DNA from: the human T2T-CHM13v2.0 reference genome, Homo sapiens
Reading direction: 5' to 3' (one strand)
Length of the DNA: 64,000 nt
Assembly: GCF_009914755.1 (NCBI RefSeq)
Contig: NC_060929.1
The notes beneath the pieces are model-generated. The model had not been told where the DNA came from and searched no databases. It saw only the letters and a list, made by a program, of their open reading frames with translations. Numbering within the stretch: the first letter of the stretch is position 1; each line of letters begins with the position of its first letter. Positions 15,736 to 31,540 of the stretch are shown here, piece by piece. The position numbers were made by a program, and so were the translations under genes.

Positions 15736-16379
15736 ATCAACTACAAGTATTCCATGACCTATTTAAGGAATCTTATAAGTTTTCTGAAGTCTAATGCATT
15801 CTCTTTTTCTTACCAGTTTGTTCTCATTCAATTCTATTTCTTACCTTTACTGTGATCAACAGAATTCAAAACATGACTTTCATAATTTCTGATATTTTAT
15901 TCATAGGCTACTGTCTAAATCAATTTAAAGTAGAATAATAATTTGACTACAAATGGAGAAATGTGGGTTCTATCATGTCTGACATCACTTCAAGCCCAAA
16001 CACATTATTCATTTACCTTTTGAATGCCTTTTGCAACCCACATTCCCTTTCAGTAATGGGCACTCCACTATAGTGCATTTTAGATCTTGTTTAAATCTGA
16101 CTCATGTTTCCATCTTATCCTAATGCCATAATCCACATGAAACACTCAGCAAAGTATCTAATCAGTGCTTAAAAATGTTAGCTGTTAATATGGTTTGTGG
16201 GTGACATCTGTGATCACAGTGTGGAAATGGCAAGTACACATTTTTTCTTTTTCTGCATGGGCAGTTGTGTGTATACTCTTGACTCCAGCTTGTTCTCTTC
16301 TGATTATGACAACCAGATGCTCTCTAATCTAATCCTGGCTCTGCTAATAATAAACTATAACCCCAGGCAGTCCGAATAC

Positions 16380-17480
<1,101 letters not shown>

Positions 17481-20400
17481 TTTGAGGAAGGTGAAATATG
17501 TAGTTAAGTATATAATATTAATATTCAGTAACTGTTATTTCTTTTTCAGTCTGTTTCACACACTTTTTGAAAAACTAGTACAGAGAGATCACATTTTATC
17601 ATTCGATTTGTTCTTGAAATTACCTGATCAAATGTTACGTAGGAAATATAAAAGGGTATAAATAAAATGCATCTATTTCTTTTTTTTTTTAACCAACGTT
17701 ACTGTGAAAGAAGGTAAGCTGGTAAAGTTTATATTGGGCTGATGTGTTCAGTATTCATATATAGGAGCAGATATAGAGCATAAGAAACATATAAAAGAGC
17801 TGACTATAAATGTCCACTAAGCAAGGCTATGGTTTATTCCCAATTGTGCCATCCCATATTGGTATTTAATAGATGGCTGTTGATGATACAATAATCATAA
17901 CATCATGGTGATAATCATTATAATAATTATAAGATCAGTTAACTATTCATGTTTAGTTAGGTTCAGAAACTGCTGTGATTATGGTTGACTGCTGTCTTTT
18001 TAAAAGCACAATTTTCTTCACCCTAACTTCAATTTTTTCCATAAGAACAAAACTAGGATAACTCTGGATTTGCTGAGGTATCTTTAAAGTCTTCTATTTT
18101 TGAAGCAAAGTGTGACTCTAGGTTTTCCTTCAGAGGCCATTTTAAATGAAACCAGTCTACAGCTTAAAAACCTTCAGTGGTGCAACACTGAGTTTGCAAC
18201 AATCATCTCAATTATTTAGAACAGCACACAAATCCCTGTCCACATTTCTAACCATATTGAACACGACTACTTATAATTCACAAATCTTCCTCAATCTCTC
18301 ATTATCACTGGGCACCACAGTGCATTATCTCTTCTGGAAAAAAGTAATGTTTTACATATATTCCTTGTGTCCTAGCATATATTCCTAGTTTTCTTTCTAC
18401 TCCTCTGTAAGCTTTTTTGTTTGTTTTGTTTGCCCACCAGGTATCTTAAGTCATATGTCTCTATGAGATCACAAGTTTACTATGTTCAAAATTGAACATA
18501 AGCTCCCTCAAACCACCCCGCAAAACTTTTCAGTGAAAAGCACACCACTCATCCAGCTGTACAGGACCAGGTAGAGGAGCCCCTTCCTCTCATTCCCAGA
18601 GTTCAATCTATCACCAAATCCTTTTCATATTCTACCTCCTAAAACATCCTGGTACCTATTCACTTCCTTCCACCTCCATTCTCAACACCATCATCGCACC
18701 TCACATCTTTACTTCAGATGCTCCCTTTGCCAAGAATCCCCACCCTCATTATTATTCATTTTCTCCCCAGGTCTGTTTAATATACATGTCTGTGATTTGT
18801 CACATTCATTAGCCATTTGGGTTGTTTAATTTGTCTATTTTTAAAACAAAATGCATTGTCAATATTTGTAAATATTCTATATGTATATGTTTATTCTACT
18901 TTTAGCTCCTTTTAGTCTTTATCTCTTCATTGTGAAGTGACCTTTCCAAGTCCCAGTTGTCTTCTTTGGCACTCATGAGTGGTGCAGCAATGCCTCCCAG
19001 AAGCCCCATGACATTTCTCCTACGGCATGGCTACTATACCCATGCACTTGTCCTATTTACTGGTCCCCTGTGCCTCCAGACCATGAAATTGTTAAGGACA
19101 AAGGCCCATTCTTCCTGACTTTATTACCAGCACCTAGCATGCTACACAGGCCATCATCGCTGTCCAAAAAATCTCGGCTGCAATAATTGGTTATAATCAA
19201 TCTCATGATATTGATATTTCCAAGGAAACTAGTGGTAGGGTTACATGATTACTTTTCTGTTTTTGTTGCTTTTGACTAAGTAATGTTTCTGCTTGAAATA
19301 ATGATAATGTTAATTTCCAAAAATCTGTAAATCCTTTTGTCCTAACCTCATAATTAAAAGTGATGCAGTAAAAACAAAAGATCTGAGGAATTCAAAGACC
19401 AAAGATCATACTTGGAAATAGACCCTGCAGCAAACTGCTGGAAAGCTATCTTTGTTTTCAGTATAAAAAAGAAAATTCTATCCCATTACTTCTTAAAATG
19501 CATTTTTTTTATTTGTAGTTAAGTAACATTCAGCATACAGAAAACAATGGGGAAAATCTATAAAAACTATCATTTTCAGTGACATTCTGTGACCAGAGAA
19601 TGCTCTGTGATGGGTTGAAGTTTAGTTTAACAAACAAAACAAACATCTGTCACAAGAAGTCAGTACCTACAAGAGTGTTTCTAAAGGCATGTGTAAGTTA
19701 TTCTGTGTTAAATAGCACTATGATTATATTTGAACCATATACGTAAATATGCATAACAGTAAATTTGAATGTTCTTGAATAAGTGGGCCCCTTTTAAGTG
19801 TCAAAAAAATCATGAACACTTACATAACCTGAATTGCACTATTAATATTCATTGATTCTAAGGAAAAGCTTACTGATAAAATGCTATCATTAATTAAGTA
19901 AAGTACATTTAAATTTTCTAATTCCAACAGAAATAGGTGTGTATGCAAATCCATATTACATATGTTTGTGTGAATGATATTTATCTAGCCTTCAAATGCT
20001 ACTTTGCCTACATATTGATTTGCTAATCTGAAGCCAGTTGGGAGCTACAGTATCTCATATTTAAGAAGCATTACTAGTTAGAAAGCAGGAACCATGTCTT
20101 AGAGGGTTTTGCATTCTCATGCGTAGCACGGTGTCTGGCACGTATAATAGCAATAGATATGCAATAAATGCCCAGATGAGTAAACCAAAACACTTTGTCT
20201 GTAGGATATTATAAAATTAATGTTGTTCATACTTAAGTGAGACAAAATATATTCATGAAAGAAAACCATAATAAAAAGATTATCTTATGTCAGACTTGGG
20301 CTTCTAGGTTCCTGAAAATAAATTCACATGTAGTTACTAATATGTTTGGTCACACTTGGCATGCATTGCTGCACTTTCAGTGATAGTGGCTGCTTTAGCC

Positions 20401-22329
20401 ATGGATTTGATGAAGGGAAGGGATGGGCTGTGGAACGCCTCAGATAGAAAGTTCTTACAGAGAAAGTGTCATGGTGACTATTCTGTCAGTGGCAGGAGGG
20501 ATCCAGTGGCACTGATTAATATCAGTGCCAGTGCTTTATATGGAAATGGGGAAACACGCAGAGCACAGAACTGAAATTATATTATACGTGTAGTTCCTTT
20601 TGCCTGTTTGAACATTATTGCTGGCGGCCAGAATCTCAACCTATATAATTCCATGGGAATTTTTTTCATGGATTCACCCAAGATGAAACTCTTGTCCTGT
20701 ATCTTTAAATTTTTGCTTTAGCTCTAGGCTTACAGTGAACTCTGTAGTCAGGCTGCATAAATATTCCTGAGCTTTGGCTTTCTGCACCAAACTCTCCTGA
20801 GAATAGCATAGGCAGTAGATTGCAGTTAAGGATTTTTTAAATGTTTTAATTTTGTGATAGCATGCATTTTCACAAAAACCAATGTGTGCTTTAGCTTGCT
20901 ACACTTTCCCCATTCTATATATTTAGAGGGAAGAGAGTAGGGAGTCATAGAGCCTGTCGTTATTTTAAAAGAAAAAGCCATAGATGTCCACGTGAAAGAG
21001 CAGAAGATTTATTAATGGAAAATGAAATAAATAGAATACTCTCTAAAGTATAAAAAGACTATTCAGCAATAAATCTTGCAGTACAGGCTGATATGCAGTG
21101 CTTAAGGTCTTATCAAGCCTATACTGAAGGAATTCAGTAGACAGTTACACTATGAATCAAGACAATATATTTAGCATATACTCTGCGTTTGCTTGCTTTT
21201 TTATTTTGTTAAACTTTCGCCAGGCTTTGACCACATTACATATTTAGTTGGAGTCTTTATATAAGGGAGCCATGATTTTACTTTTTGTATACTTTATAAC
21301 TTATTAGGTAAAATGGGGCAATAGAATAAATAGAATAATGCAGGGTTTATTTGTTCTTTCTGAAGGTTTTGGATACAATTATTTCTCATGGTTTTTCTTT
21401 TGCCCTCATAAAATAAGGCTCTGCACCTCAGGTTGGAATCAATTAGGCTGATCCTCAGCTGTTCAGCATTCAAGGTTCCCAGTGGGGCAGCCTGTATGTA
21501 CCTGCTCTCCCCACTGAGGTTTTAAGCTGAACTTCTGGAATTGTGCCCAGTCTTTGGGCCAGACACAGTATCTCAGCAATGCTAGTGCAGAAGTCTAGTA
21601 GGTAAAAACCTCTTTCATGGTTTAGATAAAAATCTATTGGTGCTCTTCTAAAAACAATCCTCTACCTGAAATGCTTGTAACCAGAAAATAACACTGGCAA
21701 TTAGAGAGGAAGACAGCCACATAATGGGAGATGCAGAGACTCTGGGTTGGTGATTATTTATATAATATTGTTGAATGGTATAATAGATGCATACGTTCTA
21801 TTGAGCTAAAGCTGTATTTATCCACTTGCCTTATTTTCATAAAGAATATATAGTAATCTAATTTCTAAAGAAAAATGTGCTATGTGGATTCTTTATACAA
21901 GAATGAGAGCTTATTTTTGGATGTAATAAGAAATGTGAAATTATTATTATTAAGAAAGTAAGATGTGGGTATTTCTCTTCCAAAGGTGTTGGTCTTCTCT
22001 GCAGCATATCTCCAGATCATCGTCAGCAGGACTGAGTTGAACAAATTGAAGAAAACAACAGTATTGCTTTTCAGATTCTGAATAATTTGCAATATTAAAT
22101 TTGTAGATCAAATCAGCATTTAAATATCTGTCAAAATGATTGCTAATACAATTTGGAATTCAGGTTGAATTTTGAAATTAATGAAACTACACAAGCTTAA
22201 TGAACATTAGGGATTAAAATGCAAGAATTTCTGTACTATGGAAGGACACATGCACAGGCCTGCTTTTTACAAGATCACAGGGGGAAATGAAGGGAATTCT
22301 TGAAATCAAAAACGCTGCTAAATACAAAT

Positions 22330-23610
22330 GTCAAATCTTAGTCATCTTCTTACTTGACCAATGAGCAGCATTAGACAGAGTTGAATGCTGTCTACTCTGT
22401 GAAACATTTTCTTTACTTGGTTTCCAATACACATTTTCTTTGATTTCCCTCCTCCTTCTCTAGCCATTCCTTCTTAGCGGGCTCTTCCTCTTCCTCTCTA
22501 ACTCTTAATTTTAGAGTGCTCCAGGGCTCAGTCCCTGGACCTCTTGTCTTTTCTATCTATACTCATTCCCTTTGTAACTTCAAATAGTCTTCTTGGCTTT
22601 AAATACCATCCACAGACTGAAGACTCTAACATTTTTGCTATATCCCCTAAAAACCCCAGATTTATACTCACGAACTCACTTGGATGACTAATCTGCATCT
22701 CAAATTTAACATGTCCACACTCCTGATAATTTCCCCAGACCTACTTTTCCCGTTGTCTTTCTCATCTCAGTTAACGTCAACTTCATTCTTCCAGTGGCTT
22801 GGGCCAAAACCCTTAGAGGCATTCATGACTCATCACTTTCTCTCATACCCACATCCTCTCTGTGGGCAGTTTATGTTGCCTTTACCTTTAAAATACATCC
22901 AGAATGTGACCATTTCTCACCCCTACACTTCTAACACCCGAGTTCAATCCATAATCCTCTTTTGCCTGGGTGACTGCAATAACCTCATTTCTTTGCTTTT
23001 ATTTTTGATGTTTTCACTATCTTCTCAACATGCAGCAAGAGTGATTTTGTTAAAAAATGTCAGGTTATGCTTCCCCTTTGGTTAAAATTCTCATTGTGAT
23101 GATGAAATTCTAAAATTTAGCAGGGAGTATAATGCAGGCCCTGACCAACTGAAATTCATGCTAACATCCACCTACTAAGATTGGACCAATACCTACCAAG
23201 TAAATATCAACTGTACTCAGAGGGCTTCACATCGTCCTGTCACCTCGGGATATTTCCATCTAAACACTTTCCTCTGTTTGGAATGCTTTTGCTCCAAGCA
23301 AGAGTCTCATCTTCCTTAAGTCTTTACTAAGAAATTATCTTCTCAGAAAGCTTTCCCCTGACTACTCAACTTAAAATTGCAGGTCTTCCTGACCCCAAAT
23401 CCTGGCCTTCCTTAGGAACACTGATCACCAAATGTCATACTACACATTTTACATAAATATCTTGTTTATTGTCTCTCTTCCCCACTATAATGAATCCCCA
23501 CAAGAATAGACTTTTTTTTTTTACTCCTATACCCATCACTTAGAACAAGGTCTACATAAAATAAGTGCTCGAGAATACTTGTTGAATTAAAGTTGAATAA
23601 ATAAATGAAC
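22330..23610 (+). mobile_element. L2 (L2a-like) 3' region
   Basis: cttgaccaatgagcagcattagacagagttga...tggatgactaatctgcatctcaaatttaacatgtcc...ends aatacttgttgaatt...gaataaataaatgaac. Confidence 0.8.
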
Positions 23611-24652
23611 AAATGAAAGCAACGTATAGTGTGGAGCTAAGAAACGCAGCTCAAAGCTTGGGGATTGTAACTGTACCTGTCTTATCCTAGAATGGCACAT
23701 TTAAAAAATGTTTTTGTTTTTGTTATTTCTAGGTGAACTGCTAAATTCAATAGTTTCCATCTAGATTTCTAAATGGAGCTGGGAATATATAAACAAACAA
23801 ACAAATAAATAAGTAGAGTAAGTCTACAATGTGAGTTTGGCTTTTTAGTGTTAATAATGTTACACATTTAACATTCCGTGACATTATCTAAATAAACTTA
23901 CTTAAACTCACCCAATAACAATAAGAGTGTTTGTTTAACTTTTCCTTCCCTTAAATTAGCAAAACAGCTTAATCAGGGTAACAAAGAGCTGCTTGAGTTT
24001 TATATACTGTGCCTTCTTCCCAGAACTTACTATTTCCCAGCTCCTCCATGAGGAGAGATTTTACCTCTGAGTTCTTATTATTTCCATTTTCTCTTAACGA
24101 GCTCTTTCTGCTCAGCATTGATAAATGCTCAAATCATCACAAACACTTCCTCCCTTATGACTCCTTCAGTCACTTCACTGCTTGCAAGTTGTAGTCTGTC
24201 CCCAATTCCTCACCTAAAAAGGAACACCCAGAGCCCCTTGGTTGTGAATCTAGTGGGTATTCCTTGGTCTTTATCCTACCTGACTTTCCGTCAACAACTG
24301 AGATGACTAACATCTGATTCTTAGGACACTTTCCTTATTGATAGCATTCATTCATTTATCTCCTTCCATTCCTTTGACTAACCTCTCTGGGTATTCTTTC
24401 TCACATTATTTGTTTATCAGAAATGAATACGCTTACTGAAGTTTTTTCTAATAAGGTCAGATACTTCCAACTTTTAAGTTAAGAAATTGTTTAAGCACTA
24501 AAATATGTTAATGAAATGAAAACATTAATAAATTAGTTCTATACTTCCACAGACATATTCTGACTATAAATCTTAAGTAATTTCATTTTAATATCCCACT
24601 GCCTAATGAAAAGAATTAAGCACATACACTTCCTAACTTCTAAGTAACAGAT

Positions 24653-25061
24653 TGTGGAGGATGCTTTAATGGGACCCTCAGATCCTCCTTCAGGAACAAA
24701 ACATTAATTTCCCCAGCCACAAGTGTTGGATCCTGAAAGCTCACAAGTTAGTACCTCCCTACTCATTCTCCTGCCCAATAAAACTACCTCATCTGCATGT
24801 CTTCCCTGAGGACAGCCATATCCAAGGACTGCTTGATGCTGGGGTGAAAAAGCACAACCCCCTTGTCTCAATGCCAGACAATGTGGAAGAGCCATGCTAG
24901 CTTCAGAGCTCCCCATGACACTATCTGAGAGCTCTTTTACAACCACCACTCAGTAAGCCTCCCCGTCTTCCCAGTGCTGCTGCCCTTACTCCCTCTAAGA
25001 GCTCTTCTTGCACATCAATCTCCATTTCAGACTCTGGTGCCTGGGAAATTCCATCTAGACA
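24653..25061 (+). mobile_element. ERVL solo LTR (LTR16-like)
   Basis: tgtggaggatg...gcttcagagctcccc...atctccatttcagactctgg...cctgggaaattccatctagaca. Confidence 0.65.
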
Positions 25062-25104
25062 TACGTCATCTCTAATACTTGAGATACTGAGTGTCTGTGC
25101 TACC

Positions 25105-25537
25105 GAACGTTGGCAGAATATGCCACCTCAAAATTAGCCACTTTGGCATAAGGCATTTCAAAAATAGCAGGAAAAAAAGAGTCTGACCTTCTTTCTCCTC
25201 CCTGTACCAGGAAGAAAGAAATATTTTTCTTACCAGAGATGGTGAGTCAAGGCTGAAAAGTATCTGTACCAACAGATCTTATAAAAATAATTTTTATCTT
25301 CCTTAGCTATCCCATACATATTAGTTACTTATCCACTATCACCAGACTTTGTTCAACCTAATGTATAAACATCTGGGTTTTGCCACTTCTTTCGGTCTTC
25401 ATTTTCTTGTGGAGATTTCTAGGTGCATGTAAAATAAACTCTACGATTTTCTCCTATTAATCTGCCTTATGTCAATCTAGTCTCAAACCTAGCCAAAGAT
25501 CCTAAGAGTGCAGAGGTAGAGCTTTGCCTTCCCTACT
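25105..25537 (+). mobile_element. ERV1 LTR relic (MER34/MER39-like)
   Basis: cagaatatgccacctcaaaattagccactttggcataagg 5' text; aataaa at ~25433; tttctcctattaatctgcc 3' text. Confidence 0.6.
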
Positions 25538-26262
25538 TCATTTCAAGTGGCTCAGTTTCAACCCTTGAACAGAATGCCACTGAACATTTGTGATTTCAGC
25601 TTTAGTCTCACTGCAACATTTAAACTAAAAATATTCTCTACTAAGCCAGAGAAGTTGGTCACATTATAATCTCCTTGATAACCTGCTTTAAAATTTCAAT
25701 ATGTAGTACTAGAAAAAAATGCAAGGTAGTGCCTGCCCAACAGTGAGTTTAGTTGACAGAATCAAGCAAGTTACTCGTAGCTGCTTGTCAAATTGAACCA
25801 AACTAAAGTGAGAAAAGAGCTGATAGGTTTAGAGTCAGGTAAATCAATTAAGGCTTACCATTTCTCCTTACTAAATTGATTTTCATGATCGGCACGAGAA
25901 TGTCAGCCAAATGATATTAGGACATTTAATTTTATTTTAGCTATATTTACACACACATGAATGCACAACCGGTTTGCCTGAATATAAAGAACACTTGAAT
26001 CAGGGAACAATCGCACTTTTTAAGACAGAGGTTATCAGATTGAATTTTTTGAAAATATAGGTATATATCCTTTTAAAAAGGTACACTAAAAACAAAACAA
26101 CCCTGAAAGGTGGGAAATAATATGACGGTGTGTGTGCCAAAACATTTAACTTAAAGAAAAGCAATGTAAATAACAAACCGAATAGAATTTTAGACAAAAA
26201 TTGATACAAAGATTATAAGAGATAGGTGACTAACCACCAGGAAGTGAGAACATTCATTATCA

Positions 26263-26485
26263 TGTATGTGTGTGTATATATCTATCTATATCTATATATC
26301 TATATATATATCTATCTATATAGATATATCTATATATCTATCTATGTAGATCTATCTATATATCTATATAGATCTATCTATATAGATATATCTATATATC
26401 TATATATCTATATATCATATACAGATATATACACACACATATATATACACACACATATATATACACACACATATATATATATATA
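26263..26485. repeat. Compound (TA)n/(TATC)n/(CA)n microsatellite
   Basis: Seen directly; explains the low-complexity ORFs 26226-26507 and 26392-26598. Confidence 0.95.
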
Positions 26486-26641
26486 CCTACAGGCCCTGGA
26501 TATATAGAAAGTAATAACTTTAACAAAAGTATAGCAGACAATATACAGAGCATCAAATTATATTTTTGTAGCTCCAACTCCAACATATAAAAGCACATTT
26601 GCCATTGATATACCCAGATACATTAAAAAAGAAAAAAAACT

Positions 26642-26756
26642 CAGTGCTACATCTCTACTGCCCAATACAGTAGCACTAGCCACAAGTGGCTATATAAACT
26701 TAAAGTTAAATTTTATTTAACTTAAAGTTAAATAAAATTACAATTACAAATTCAGT
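26642..26756. mobile_element. hAT-Charlie MITE fragment (MER3/MER33-like)
   Basis: ctgcccaatacagtagcactagccacaagtggctat...aaattcagt. Confidence 0.6.
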
Positions 26757-26759
26757 GAA

Positions 26760-26846
26760 AGTAAATTTCTGTTTTTTTGTTTGTTTTGTTTTTTTAGCCA
26801 CCCTGTCTGTGGTACTTTGTCACTGCAGCTCCAGCCAAATAACACA
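26760..26846 (+). mobile_element. MLT1 LTR 3' end fragment
   Basis: taaatttctg...agccaccctgtctgtggtactttgtcactgcagc...aaataacaca. Confidence 0.6.
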
Positions 26847-27399
26847 TCAGGTTTGATATATTTTTACACCATACTCTCTTTCATACCTGCTTACTAACAA
26901 TAATTGGAAATATCAATAACACTGATGATTTTTTTTAAATCACAAAATTATGACATTCAAAATTTAGAGGTTGTTTTCTGAATAAGATATTAAAAGGCAC
27001 TCAGAATTTCAGAACCCATCTCATGCTGAATAAGACATAGTGTCCCGGAGCCAGGAAAGCATTCACTTTTTATAAATGCACTTTTGTTTAGTTCTCTCAG
27101 CTGTGCACAGAAGAAACAGGACAGAGAATTGCACAGATTTGTGCAGCATATTATCCAACCAACAGCAATGATACAAACTCTCAATGGCAGAAGAGATATT
27201 ATGAGTGTTTATTGTTAATGTTTGAAAATAAAAAGTGGTAATGCTATAATTATATCCTATTTTTTTAAGATTTGAATATATCCTACCATTAAAATATTTG
27301 GTTCTCATGCTATATACTTTTCTTTATTTCACAGACTAAGGAATTTATCAGATACCAGAAACTCATGGGTATATTGAATAAGCCCAGAGTTATTGCTAA

Positions 27400-27858
27400 T
27401 GTGAGAAACACACTCACCCACCCAAACCCAAAGATGGACTTAGAAGCAAAAAGAACAGCGAAAGTGAGACTTTTAATAACAGCCTTGCAAGATCGAGTGT
27501 CTGGTAGGCAGGCACATCTGGGGCAGTCACAACAGGTAATTTATCTCCTAGCACGCAAGTCCCTCCCCTAGTTCCTCATTGGTCGAGTACTATGGGGTTA
27601 CAATCTTCCCAGACGTTGCCTAAAGTTTCATTATCTCCCTTATAAGGTTATACCTCCATCCCCTTCCTTGCTTAAGTTTCGACTTCCCAAAAATGAAACT
27701 TTCTTCCCTTTTATGGGCTGACCCCTCCGCTACATTCTGTTTGCTTATTGTGACCTTCTAGGTGCAAGAGCCCTGTGGTTTGTTACATTTGCAGCCTGGC
27801 TGCCAGTACTTAGATTTATCATGCCTTGAAAATGGACCATTTAAAATGTTTTCTCACA
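27400..27858 (-). mobile_element. Solo LTR, ERV1 class (subfamily not assigned)
   Basis: Termini TGTGAGAAA...TTTCTCACA; 4-bp TSD ctaa at 27396-27399 and 27859-27862; ATTAAA on the minus strand near 27475. Confidence 0.85.
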
Positions 27859-27889
27859 CTAACAACACAATCAAAGCCGTTGATATATT

Positions 27890-28100
27890 TCTTTAACAAA
27901 CACGAGCAATTTACAAAGTTAATTAATTTAATTTTCCTAAAAAGCTTATGAATAAACACTATTATTACCCAATTTTAAAGTTGGGTAACGTAAGATGGCA
28001 GAGAGGTTGAATAACTTCCTGAAAGACACTGGGGGCACAGCCTCAGTTTGAATCCAAGCTGCTGCCTTTGGAGTCTGTGCTCTTAACCACTGTGCTACAG
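27890..28100 (-). mobile_element. MIR relic
   Basis: ctattattacccaattttaaag...gcagagaggttgaataacttcc...tttgaatccaag...gtgctcttaaccactgtgcta. Confidence 0.7.
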
Positions 28101-28741
28101 CTTAACCTGCGAGTAGCTCTGCTAACTCTTGTTTTCAAGCGTAGACTTACCCATGTAGAGGCAAACATAGGGAAAAATGAATCGTGTCAAGTTCCATCCG
28201 CATGTGTCCCAGTTAAATGTCTACATTAAGGTAAATTAAAGCTGGCAAATCTACAGTATTTAGGGATACATTTTCAGGTTGTAATGTGGTAAAACAAGCA
28301 AGAAAGTGATTAATATAAAAATAAATACAGTATTTTGCTTTGCCAGCTGTGGGAGGCTGGGGGAGGGGGGATTGTGGCTAGAAAAGAGTACTACACAGAA
28401 TGTATCTGGATTAAGACTGTTTTTTTTTTTTTGACCAAATGATGTTATATGAGTTTTCTCTTGAAAACAATTCAATACGATGTATGTTTGTTTTATTCAC
28501 TTTTCTGTTTATATGTAATTTCTTGCAACAAAAGTCTTAATACATTTATATAGACATACAAATACATATTTTAGGTTTGTTGGAAACAGAACAATATTAT
28601 ATATCCCATTTGCAAATGTTTATATAAAATACATGAAGTATGGCAGCATCCAAAAAAGTAAGTCAAACTTACATACTGTAAAATTGCAGATTCCCCTTCA
28701 TTATTGCATATACCATAATGACCATAAATTAAGTCATCATC

Positions 28742-29087
<346 letters not shown>

Positions 29088-29374
29088 TCAACTAGCCAGA
29101 TATACTAGACAAATATTCATAAGAAATAAAACATTTTGAATACTTATTAACAAATTTTAGTTTTTTGGCAGATGTAGTCATATATATGTGCATACATATA
29201 TACATATATACATACATGTTTATCACACTCAAGAATTATACCAATTAAAGGGATTCTTTATATTTAAAAAATAATAATTATAAACCAAAATTGATTCATA
29301 TTGTTGGAAAACATTATAAAGAGTTATGTAGATTGCACAGTTAGGAAATAAATTGGCCAACATTTACTAGTTAA

Positions 29375-29525
29375 TCTTTATTAAGAACTTACTGAGTGTC
29401 AGGTGCTGTGGTAACACATTATGTGCATTACGTTTGTAAATCCCAACAATGAATTAAGCAGCCTTATGATTCTCATCTCACAGAATCTAGAGGTAAGTAA
29501 CTTGCCCAAGTTACACTGCTGGTAA
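29375..29525 (-). mobile_element. MIR relic
   Basis: acttactgagtgtcaggtgctgtg...gaggtaagtaacttgcccaagttacactgctggtaag. Confidence 0.65.
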
Positions 29526-31540
29526 GAAGCCCTACTTCATCAACAACAACTACACTTGAAACAATAGCAAAATTGAAGTGTGACAGTAAACTGAATGCAA
29601 TATACATTACAGTATAATTTATTTTATTACTTACACATTTCAGCAAAGTGCAAGTTTTCTGGAGTATTTATCTTGTTCCCATAGATGTTGTACAGGGAAT
29701 TCAATAATAAGAATAGTAGCCAGAAAAGAAAAAGGCAGAAAACTTAACAGTTATAAGAAAATGAAAAATTTTAGTACTTTTTTCTATTCCCATGCTATAT
29801 ATCATAATATAGAGGAAATTAAAGAAAAATATTTTTGATTACATAACTTTTAAAAATAATAATTCTGTAGGTGTGAATATGTGTGTGTTAACCTGTATGA
29901 GTGATTAATATGTCATTAGAAGAAAGGATGTTACCCACTCTAAAATAATGTTAGATGACATTTATGCACTAATAATATGAACCACAAAAAAAGTCTAAAA
30001 TATTTCAGACAATGGTACTTATACTTAAAAATGAATTTATCAATATTACCAAAGCAACAGGAAAGTCTATCATCATAACAGTGGAGTATTAATACCCATG
30101 ATAAAAATTAACTAAATTAAATTATATTTAGATATTTTTTGAATATTCAACAAGAATTAATTTGTAAATGAGTAACAGGCAAACTTACTGACTTTTCCTA
30201 AATATAATGACTGACTTCTGAGAGCTAATCAGAGTTCACTGCTTCATTTCAAAAATAGCAGAGTAATAATATATAATATTAATTTAAACATATTACTCTT
30301 AAAAAACATAACTACAAGATTTTCCTAAACAACTTGCAACTTAATAATGCATACTGATATTAATTGCAATTGTTTATATACAAAAACTTGGGTTGAATTC
30401 TCTCTCTGTGTTGCTTAACTGTTATACACACACCATTTGCTATGTTTTAATGGAAGCATTTTGAATACCCAAAGACATGTTTTTAATTGATGAACAGTGA
30501 CTCAGGTTGTCAGCAATCATATAGGAAGGAAATTATAGGTTATTACAGGCATGTGACAGAAGTTACCATATTTTTCCTTCAGAGTTTGGTTCTAACACTT
30601 TGTATTTTGGCCAAATTTGTAGTTACTTTACCTTTTCTAGCTTTGATTTCTGCATTGGCAAAATGGGGATAATTAGAGTTACTATCTCTATTTGTTGTTA
30701 TAAAGATAATTGTATACTACACAAAAGCAACAAACTTTGTATCTGACACATAGTAGGTGATTTGTACACATCAGTTACCTACTTTTTTCTAACTCTAAGA
30801 AGGCTTAGGTTGTTACAGAAAAGTTACTAAAGTCTTTCCCTCTTTCCTCTCCCCAGGGAACCCCTCTTTCTTTCCTGTTCTATGTAGTACTTGGAGCTCC
30901 AGGCAGAGAAGTTCAACTTGCTAAGTAGGTGCCTTATTACTGTTGTATCAACATTCAATTTTAGATAGGTATTTTAATGATTTTGTAAGTAAAAGTTATA
31001 TTCTAGAATAAATCAGTTCTATTCTGCATTTCCCACAGGATCTAGGAGAGTGGCACATACTCAGCAAATATTAAATACATATTTGGAAATTAAAATGAAA
31101 CTAACTAAATCTTCCATCTAAAATGCACAAGATATTTATTACTCATTTTGAGAAAATATGTTTTTAAGCTGATCAAACTAGTATACAAGTTATTCTTTAT
31201 GCTACCTAAATTTAAAACAGAAGAGAAGTTCAGGTTGATGTTTTATACCAAGCTAAACTTGTGTACAACTAAAGGAAACTGGTGCAGAAGCTCTTTAGTT
31301 TAATTAGATCCCATCTGTCAATTTTTGATTTGTTTCAATTGTTTTTGGCAACTTCATCATAAAATCTCTGCCATGCCTATGTCCTGAATGGTATTGCTTA
31401 GAGCAAAAGAAGCCATCATTAGAGTGATCAGACAAGCTACAGAATGGGAGAAAATTTTTACAATCTACCCATCTGACAAAGGTCTATTATCCAGAATCTA
31501 CAAGGAACTTAAGCAAATTTTTAAGAAAAAAAACCAAACA

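Noticed and set aside
20507-20530. 10-bp inverted repeat tggcactgat-taat-atcagtgcca
   Set aside because: About one such hairpin is expected by chance in 64 kb; no supporting context
21880-22092. Minus-strand 70-aa ORF with a hydrophobic stretch
   Set aside because: No ATG start, no convincing splice-site pair and no recognised family
26226-26598. Tyr/Ile-rich ORFs; repeat array suggestive of CRISPR
   Set aside because: Simple TA/TATC microsatellite with no repeat-spacer structure, in eukaryotic DNA
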